The translations under genes were made by a program, and so were the position numbers. The notes beneath the pieces were generated by a model. That model was not told where the DNA came from and ran no database searches. It worked only from the letters and a program-made list of their open reading frames with translations. Of a DNA stretch of 53,037 nt, positions 46,563-53,037 are shown piece by piece (position 1 is the first letter of the stretch; each line of letters opens with the position of its first letter). Source of the DNA: a virus (taxonomy: Duplodnaviria; Caudoviricetes); the IMG/VR virus record IMGVR_UViG_3300032330_001444, positions 1 to 53,037 of that record. One strand, written 5' to 3'.

Positions 46563-47499
46563 AAATTATATTCCAGTTTTGTAACCAAACATTCTCTGTA
46601 TAGAATATCTTATAATTATCCTTGGCGGTTTGTGAACAATAATTATAAAATTCTTTGTCGTCTCGTAGTCTAATTGCTAGACTATTTGCTAGTTCTATAT
46701 CTCCTATGTTGACGGATAACTGAGGATGTAAAGTTTCTTGAGTATCCAGTCCTTTATATCCAATACATGGTATACCTAAATAAGCGCAATTAAGAGCAAA
46801 TGTACCCGCCGCATGTGTACGCATTAAGTGTATGCCTACATTAAAATTGGCAAGTGTTTTAATCCACTCAGTCCACATCATGTATGGTAAATGATGTAAG
46901 CTGGGAAATTGTTCTTCATTTTCAATTTTTCTTCCCATGCTAGGGATAAAAGTTGGCTTGTTGAAGTTTTGTGCTACAAAGTAACTGTCTACACCACCAT
47001 ACCAACTACAGAAGTTTCCGCCTATAATAGGCATACCATTATTTTCACGGTGTATATTTTTAACGGTATCTTCTATCATCAAAGACTGTAAATTAAACGT
47101 GGGTTTCTTAAATATACCTTTGAAGTATGAAATATCACTCTTGTTATGAGTTAACAGAAAGTCCATTGAACTTAGAAAATTAATATAATTAACTTGATTT
47201 GTATAATTATAATCTTGATAATACCAGGCCGGACCTTCTTGCATTACTGTTATTTTTTTGCCAATAGCTTTGACTAGATCTAATAATCGGACAATATCAA
47301 AGTTTTCTAACTTTTTTGGTAATATTACAATAACAACGTCGTATTGGGAAACCGCTTTAGCTGGTTTACTCAGAAGATACTGAATAGGAAAATGATCCGC
47401 ATTTAATGCAAGTTGCCACGAAAATTCTGTACGGCAGTTTTCGAAGTCTCTGGGTAGTTTGCCAGAATGACCATTCTGACTAACAAAACAAATTTTCAT
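46543..47499 (-). CDS. Putative GT-B glycosyltransferase
   Basis: AAGTF.LNCAYLGIPCIG C-lobe motif; cluster context. Confidence 0.6.
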   Translation of the reverse strand: MKICFVSQNGHSGKLPRDFENCRTEFSWQLALNADHFPIQYLLSKPAKAVSQYDVVIVILPKKLENFDIVRLLDLVKAIGKKITVMQEGPAWYYQDYNYTNQVNYINFLSSMDFLLTHNKSDISYFKGIFKKPTFNLQSLMIEDTVKNIHRENNGMPIIGGNFCSWYGGVDSYFVAQNFNKPTFIPSMGRKIENEEQFPSLHHLPYMMWTEWIKTLANFNVGIHLMRTHAAGTFALNCAYLGIPCIGYKGLDTQETLHPQLSVNIGDIELANSLAIRLRDDKEFYNYCSQTAKDNYKIFYTENVWLQNWNIIYEQIKD

Positions 47500-48482
47500 A
47501 ATCTTTTTTTGAAATCTTCGTAAGTGTAAAAGTTTCCTGTATTATTAAATAAACTATTTAAATTGTGTTGTGACATTTCTTTAAAAATCTTCCACCAATC
47601 TCCTTTTTCTTTTCCACAAAATCCTCTTGGATTATTTTCATTCGCAATATACATACGTTTATTTGGATGTCTTCTAACGTGTACTTTTAAAATATTTTTG
47701 AATATAATTTGTATGTATTTATCCCCTAGTATTTTTTGTGCCATCATTGATAAACTTTCATCATCATTATGAATAAAGCAAGGCGGTATATTAACACCAC
47801 TTTTAATTAAATTACTGCTCAATACCAAACAAGAGCCATCTATTTTTGGATAATTTATCGTTTGTATATCAAGTTCTTTGATTTCTGAATTGATATTATT
47901 CATTTGATCTATGGTCATAAGTGACTTTGCTTGATTAATATTATCAACGTCTATGTCATCATATACATGATTTATAAATTTAGGATGAACCGTAACATCC
48001 CAACTATTATCCCACATTTTTCTATCAGCAAAACATGCTATAAATCTGTATATTCCTTGCGATCTTATAACAGGAGTTAGAGTTTCCAATCCAATTATTG
48101 CTTCTTTGGGAAACAAACTATCGGTTTCACCCCAAATTACATAATCAACTTTTTCACAATATTTTGTGTTGAATTCTCTTCTATAATTTGTTTGGGTATA
48201 AAATTCATCATCATTGTCAATTATTTTATAAGTCTTATTGAATTTTATGGGTATACGATTGTATTGTTCTATAAATTTTTCTATTAATTGTGATTTTGAT
48301 ATTTTACTAGTGTCTATTCTTTCAAAGAATTGAGATACATTAAAAGCAAAATCAAGATGTACGTTTTCTTCATTATTAACAGTATATAACATGTTTAATA
48401 ATCCGTCCATGTAGTATGATAGAATTTCTATCTCATAAAACATAACATGTACACCTATAGCGTATTTATTAATTATATTCAT
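47496..48482 (-). CDS. Putative GT-A glycosyltransferase
   Basis: VIWGETDSL (DxD-like), HNDD; cluster context. Confidence 0.5.
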   Translation of the reverse strand: MNIINKYAIGVHVMFYEIEILSYYMDGLLNMLYTVNNEENVHLDFAFNVSQFFERIDTSKISKSQLIEKFIEQYNRIPIKFNKTYKIIDNDDEFYTQTNYRREFNTKYCEKVDYVIWGETDSLFPKEAIIGLETLTPVIRSQGIYRFIACFADRKMWDNSWDVTVHPKFINHVYDDIDVDNINQAKSLMTIDQMNNINSEIKELDIQTINYPKIDGSCLVLSSNLIKSGVNIPPCFIHNDDESLSMMAQKILGDKYIQIIFKNILKVHVRRHPNKRMYIANENNPRGFCGKEKGDWWKIFKEMSQHNLNSLFNNTGNFYTYEDFKKRL

Positions 48483-48488
48483 GACTTT

Positions 48489-49154
48489 TTATCCCAAAAC
48501 TTTTATACATTTCGTCCACCCACGTTGTTTATCATGTTCAAGCCAACAAAAATTTAATACTTTGCACTTACATCCATTTAAAACGTTTTCTTCAAATTGA
48601 CTTTCTTGACCTGCCCATTTGTTTATTTTTAACTCATTGAAATATGTAAAATCTGTAGCTCTATATTTTTCATAATGATGTTTAGTAAATGCAAACGTGA
48701 ATCCGTTTATTAATGGAACAATACTTACACCAGTTCTTGCAGAATTCGCTCGTTGAGGTCCACCTAACGATCCATTTGTTAACGGTCCATATATGGAATT
48801 TAAACTATCGGGATCATTACATATATAATCAATAAAATTATTGATCGATTCGTTCATAAATACATCGTCACTTGTAACAATGATTATATCACATCCATCT
48901 TTATATGCCAAATCAATTCCAACATTATATGCATGAGTTATTCCTCCTATAGATTGATCTTGTATTTTTGTATAATTTACATTCTTATATTCATTTATAT
49001 TTGATGGATATTGACTTCCATTATCAATTATATAAATTATAAATTCATATTTTACGGAATTATTGATAGAATCCGTCATTTTTTTAATAAACTCATTTCC
49101 TCTTGGTCTAAATTCATCTGACCAATGCATAGGTGATGTGATGCCAATCTTCAT
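48489..49154 (-). CDS. GT2-like glycosyltransferase
   Basis: IIDNGS, GITHAYNVGI, SDDV, NGF, W.G.E. Confidence 0.75.
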   Translation of the reverse strand: MKIGITSPMHWSDEFRPRGNEFIKKMTDSINNSVKYEFIIYIIDNGSQYPSNINEYKNVNYTKIQDQSIGGITHAYNVGIDLAYKDGCDIIIVTSDDVFMNESINNFIDYICNDPDSLNSIYGPLTNGSLGGPQRANSARTGVSIVPLINGFTFAFTKHHYEKYRATDFTYFNELKINKWAGQESQFEENVLNGCKCKVLNFCWLEHDKQRGWTKCIKVLG

Positions 49155-50176
49155 TCTGTACTTACTCCTTTCAAGTTTTTAAATATATTGTAATAGTATA
49201 AAACTAATTTATACGGATTATATTCCTCGACATATTTTCTTTTAAAATTCTCTGTGTAAGTTTTTTGTATATTTTTATAATCTGATAAAACATATTCGAT
49301 CTTTTCGTTTATATCGGAAAAATCGTGTTTACATGGAACATATGTTTCGTATGGAATATATACATTTGGTAAAGTTTCTATGTGTGACATATCTGGTTTG
49401 ATTAAAACGCAACCAAACATAGCGGCTTCTAAATCTCTAGGTGTTATTTCCCCGAAGCCAAAAGGCGATAATATAATTTTACAATTATACATGGTATTCA
49501 GATATTCATCTCTATTCAATCGTTGACCTGGATTTAGTCTAACTGAATTGAAACTATTACTTACAGTATTGAATAGACAATTTCTGTGTTCATTGTATGG
49601 AGGTGACTGATTTACACCATGTTCAAAGTTATCACTATCTCTTCTTCCCAATAATAAACTAACATCATATTGTTTGTGTTCATTATAGTCAATCCAATCT
49701 GGTTGTAGGGTTGATAACCAATTAAAATGAGATAACTTAACTTTTTCAAATATGTCAAGCGAAGGAAGAGAATAATTGCCTTCACCCCAGTAAGTTCTGC
49801 CATTAATTGTTTTTCTTAGATAGTCGTTTTTATTCTTATAGAGTGTTGATTTAAATACATAGATTGGATTAGAACGTGATGCAACTTCATATACTCCTAT
49901 CATTGTTGCGGAGTCTTGTCCGTCAAAAATAAAATACGGTTCTTTAATTTTCGAAATAAAAGATAAACCATTTTCAACAGATTCCGACAATGACTTTTTT
50001 TTATCAATTATACTGGCTTGACCAACGAAAGAAAAATCGCAAGAGCCATCTGTTACAAACTCAACTCCAATTTCTCTAAATAATTCTGTATGAAATAAAA
50101 AAGGTCTGAATGTGGTTTCATTACGATGTTTATCCAATTCGTATAATTTAATTCGTAACATGTTATTTGTAGTCAA
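49151..50176 (-). CDS. GT-B glycosyltransferase (Glyco_trans_1_2-like); start possibly 50161
   Basis: EY...M...KI.LSPFG.GE...RD.EA...G.VLIKP. Confidence 0.7.
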   Translation of the reverse strand: MTTNNMLRIKLYELDKHRNETTFRPFLFHTELFREIGVEFVTDGSCDFSFVGQASIIDKKKSLSESVENGLSFISKIKEPYFIFDGQDSATMIGVYEVASRSNPIYVFKSTLYKNKNDYLRKTINGRTYWGEGNYSLPSLDIFEKVKLSHFNWLSTLQPDWIDYNEHKQYDVSLLLGRRDSDNFEHGVNQSPPYNEHRNCLFNTVSNSFNSVRLNPGQRLNRDEYLNTMYNCKIILSPFGFGEITPRDLEAAMFGCVLIKPDMSHIETLPNVYIPYETYVPCKHDFSDINEKIEYVLSDYKNIQKTYTENFKRKYVEEYNPYKLVLYYYNIFKNLKGVSTE

Positions 50177-51107
50177 CTACAAGATTATTATTGATAATAC
50201 TGTCAATGTCAACATTAGTTACATAACTAGGATGTTGTTTGATTGCTTCTGGGTGTGGCATATTAACAGCTGAAACATATCTATATGTTCCTGTTTTATC
50301 GGGTCTTACACATATTTGCGAATGTTTGAATTCTTTTATATAATTTATACCATTCATAAAATATTTCCAATAATATTCCGGTCTGTTGAGTTGATCAAAT
50401 CTCAACTGTAAATACTTTCCTTGTCTAAACCAAGCATAGTGATATGTAACTAAATCGGTGGGATATAATGATGGATATCGTTGTGATTCAAAATTGTTTA
50501 AAATTGATTTATAGTATTCATCTGTACCATATCTGATGCCAATTTTTCTATGTTTACCATCTTTCTGCATTAAAAATGGTTTTAAAGTACACATTTCAGC
50601 ATAATATTGATTTTCAACAAAATCAATCCAAATACTTTTAAATCCGGTATCAGGTGTTAACTGATCCATATAATTTTTTATTAATTCTTTGTTGCTTTCT
50701 AAGTGAAATACGTCGCCTTCAAATGGAAAAATATAATCTCCAACTTCGATATCAATATTTAAATCTTTAAAATTGCTACAAGCTTTTACATAGTGTTGAG
50801 TAGCGGATACTTCATTTGGATCATAGTCCATTTCATTGAGAATTATTTTTTTTCCATTATATTTTTTTTGTGATTCAAAAATAATTTCTTGCAGTTCTGG
50901 ATAATCAAAACCACGTTTTCCTTCTCCATTTAATGTATATTTTTCTTTGAATCCGGACATGTTCGTACAACTTTCTGGGCCATGCGGAAACATTCCTTCA
51001 TTATAGATTAATATGTCAGGATCAATCGTGTTAAAAATATTGTCTATTTGATGTTTAATTAAATGAGACTCGCAAAATACTGGAACTATAACAATTTTTT
51101 TATTCAT
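50163..51107 (-). CDS. GT-A-like glycosyltransferase
   Basis: IVIVPVF.E, EG, F.FEGDVF, YHYAW.R; cluster context. Confidence 0.55.
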   Translation of the reverse strand: MNKKIVIVPVFCESHLIKHQIDNIFNTIDPDILIYNEGMFPHGPESCTNMSGFKEKYTLNGEGKRGFDYPELQEIIFESQKKYNGKKIILNEMDYDPNEVSATQHYVKACSNFKDLNIDIEVGDYIFPFEGDVFHLESNKELIKNYMDQLTPDTGFKSIWIDFVENQYYAEMCTLKPFLMQKDGKHRKIGIRYGTDEYYKSILNNFESQRYPSLYPTDLVTYHYAWFRQGKYLQLRFDQLNRPEYYWKYFMNGINYIKEFKHSQICVRPDKTGTYRYVSAVNMPHPEAIKQHPSYVTNVDIDSIINNNLVVDYK

Positions 51108-51165
51108 ATAATTTATGGTTTAATCATCTCATCAATTAGTGTAAAATGTTTTGATGTATCTTTAT

Positions 51166-51804
51166 TCATACTGATTCTGAATTGTTTTTTATTATTAATA
51201 AACCAGGATTAGATTCAATATTTTTATATATTGTCCAATTTTTATTCTCAATTAAGAATTCATTGATTGCTCGGTTTAAATCATAGAATAAAACTGTGTC
51301 ATGAAATGCTATATATTTTCTTACATTATTCACATGCAAAGTTAATTCTTTTTTGAGATGTTCATATGAATGATTTGTATCAATAAATAAAAGATCGGTT
51401 TTTTCAATTTCTATTTTAGAAGTATCATTTTCCAATAAAACTAACTCTACGTTTTCTTTTTTAGCCAAATCTTTTAACGATTCTAACCATATATGGTCTA
51501 CGAATTTATGTACTAGGGGCACTTTTTTAAAAGTTATATCTATACATACTAATTTTTTAGGTCTAGCTTTTAAAAATGCCCAAGAACTATTTACTTCATT
51601 AACGCCCATTTCTGTGATATGATTGCATTCTTTGGACAGTTCATATAGTTCGTCCATATACAGATATATCCATTGTATAGAATTTTTTCCTCGTTGATAC
51701 GATGGATTTGATTTTATGAAATCAAAATTTTCTTCAATGGTGGGAAATATACCATAATCAAGTTTTTGAGATTCGGTTAATAGTTCGTATTTTATGATAT
51801 TCAT
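51166..51804 (-). CDS. Class I SAM-dependent methyltransferase (Methyltransf_24-like)
   Basis: ITEMGV, CIDI, DLLFIDTNHSY, IAFHDT. Confidence 0.8.
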   Translation of the reverse strand: MNIIKYELLTESQKLDYGIFPTIEENFDFIKSNPSYQRGKNSIQWIYLYMDELYELSKECNHITEMGVNEVNSSWAFLKARPKKLVCIDITFKKVPLVHKFVDHIWLESLKDLAKKENVELVLLENDTSKIEIEKTDLLFIDTNHSYEHLKKELTLHVNNVRKYIAFHDTVLFYDLNRAINEFLIENKNWTIYKNIESNPGLLIIKNNSESV

Positions 51805-51805
51805 A

Positions 51806-52474
51806 TTATTTATTTACATTTCTCCAACTTGCTTCTTTTTTGTGATATATGAAACAATTGTTTAATACTTTTATTATTGTTTGTTTCTCGGTTACCCATT
51901 TGGTCATGATGCTTTCGGCTCCACTCCATGGATGTTCTTTTTCATTCGAAAAAAGCAGTCCGTTCATTTGATGTTTATGGTAAAATTCTGTGGTAAAAAA
52001 CATGCAAAAACCATTTAATACATTTGGTTTTGTTCCAGATAAAATATACGCTGTTGGATCTAGTACATATTGTGCAATCTGCCAACCTGGATTATTTGTT
52101 TTTGATCCATAAATGGTTGTGGAAGATTGTCTATCCAACATTATATGGCCGTATAGATTATTATAACTAAGATCAAATTCCACGTCATTATTGGTATTAC
52201 ATATTAAAGCGGGGCCATATTGAACAGCTGCGTTTATGCCAATGTTCCAAGCGCCTGTTAATCCTCTTTCTTTTTGGTTTTCTACATAAATATAATCGAT
52301 ATTCAAATCTTTGAATTTATTTAAATCCGGTTTAATTGTAGATTGATTATCAACTAATATGATTTTATCTGGCTTTATTTCTTTGAGACTATCTAAACAG
52401 TTATATAAATAATAATTGCCATACTCGCAGAATTCAGGAGAACAATGAGTTGTTATAACAAATATTTTTTTCAT
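51806..52474 (-). CDS. GT2-like glycosyltransferase, paralogue of 48489..49154
   Basis: LVDNQS, GLTGAWNIGI, NNDV, NGF, W.G.E; ATG 52474 overlaps the upstream stop. Confidence 0.75.
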   Translation of the reverse strand: MKKIFVITTHCSPEFCEYGNYYLYNCLDSLKEIKPDKIILVDNQSTIKPDLNKFKDLNIDYIYVENQKERGLTGAWNIGINAAVQYGPALICNTNNDVEFDLSYNNLYGHIMLDRQSSTTIYGSKTNNPGWQIAQYVLDPTAYILSGTKPNVLNGFCMFFTTEFYHKHQMNGLLFSNEKEHPWSGAESIMTKWVTEKQTIIKVLNNCFIYHKKEASWRNVNK

Positions 52475-53037
52475 TTTGTTTTCCAAAAATTATATATTCC
52501 TTTTTCTACTTCATAGGATGGCCATATAAATTGATTTCTTTTTGGTTGGGTTTTTGCCCAATTCCACATATTCTTTAGACCATCTTCCAAATTGGTTTTG
52601 TGTTCAAATCCTAATATATCTATAGATTTTTTATAAGTTGAATATGCATGTTTAACTTCGTGTCTTTGTTCTAGATATAGTTTTGTTCCACCGCCCATTA
52701 CTTTTATCAATGTATCACACGCTTGATTGATAGATGTTTCATATATACCGCCCAAATTGATAATTTGTTTGGATGCTTCTGGTAAAGTAGCCGCTTTCCA
52801 TAGTGGAATGATACTGTCGTCTATATATGAAAATGCTCTTGTTTGTTCACCGTCACCGTAAATTGTAAGCGGTTTTCCGTTTAAATGTAAATTCATCCAA
52901 ATCCCCAAAACATTTCTGTATTTATCCCAGATATTTTGTTTCTTTCCATATACATTGTGCGGACGAATAATACACCAGTCTAATCCATGTTGTGTACCGG
53001 CAACTTTAATGTCCATTTCACATGCATATTTAGCTAC
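52471..53037 (-). CDS. NAD-dependent epimerase/dehydratase (5'-truncated by the window end)
   Basis: Frame open to the window edge (VAKYACEMD...), RPHNVYG, YGDGEQTRAFSYIDD, INLG, LEDGL. Confidence 0.88.
   Translation of the reverse strand, partial: VAKYACEMDIKVAGTQHGLDWCIIRPHNVYGKKQNIWDKYRNVLGIWMNLHLNGKPLTIYGDGEQTRAFSYIDDSIIPLWKAATLPEASKQIINLGGIYETSINQACDTLIKVMGGGTKLYLEQRHEVKHAYSTYKKSIDILGFEHKTNLEDGLKNMWNWAKTQPKRNQFIWPSYEVEKGIYNFWKTK

Noticed and set aside
1-53037. Genome-wide stop-codon reassignment (TAG or TGA), as in some large phages
   Set aside because: Long conserved genes are intact in the standard code, TGA and TAG terminate genes at sensible places, and the single internal TAG (23172) is followed by TGA and a frame change.
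40022-53037. Glycan cluster as a bacterial O-antigen locus flanking a prophage
   Set aside because: No integrase or att site, no wzx/wzy/wzm/wzt, and the gene packing and composition are continuous with the phage genes. Not fully excluded, since the cluster runs off the window.
1-53037. tRNA or rRNA genes
   Set aside because: Intergenic gaps are short and AT-rich; no cloverleaf or T-loop GTTCGA context was found by eye. A tRNAscan-SE run would confirm.

Overview
This window is a 53-kb, AT-rich, densely coding segment of a large myovirus-type (jumbo/huge) dsDNA bacteriophage, read in the standard bacterial code. Plus strand, in order: the end of a Ser/Gly/Thr-repeat fibre gene with an S74 chaperone; a GT4 glycosyltransferase; a HAD-phosphatase/Pol-beta nucleotidyltransferase fusion; tail tube; a free-standing HNH endonuclease; an HxGH nucleotidyltransferase; tail chaperone, tape measure and baseplate genes; a short divergent family-A DNA polymerase; gp32-like SSB; RecA/UvsX; a 5'-3' exonuclease; DnaB/gp41 helicase; class Ia RNR (nrdAB); a membrane PAS protein; a MoxR-AAA/VWA pair; a DUF4338/DruA-like protein; a second S74 fibre-like gene; UvsE; a clamp-loader small subunit; and a dNMP kinase. 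Minus strand from about 39.7 kb to the end: a cluster of more than 12.6 kb of glycosyltransferases and nucleotide-sugar enzymes. Two promoter classes are visible: sigma70-type TTGACn-N16/17-(TGG)TAnnnT before replication/early genes, and a TATTTAT(A/T) motif just before structural/late genes. The most notable signals are these. (1) The exonuclease gene is broken inside its first catalytic motif by a 5-nt TAGTG insert (DGL*/NTYIRSF), suggesting stop-hopping, a split enzyme or an assembly error. (2) A probable +1/-2 programmed frameshift lies on a T7 run in the tail chaperone. (3) An RBS-sequestering hairpin with an embedded late motif controls the HNH gene. (4) The PolA has His at the steric-gate position and Met at position 762. 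(5) A candidate virion-glycosylation system pairs the glycan cluster with the S/T-rich fibres. (6) A set of late, possibly capsid-packaged nucleotide-handling enzymes is present. All functional calls come from motif recognition by eye; no database searches were run.
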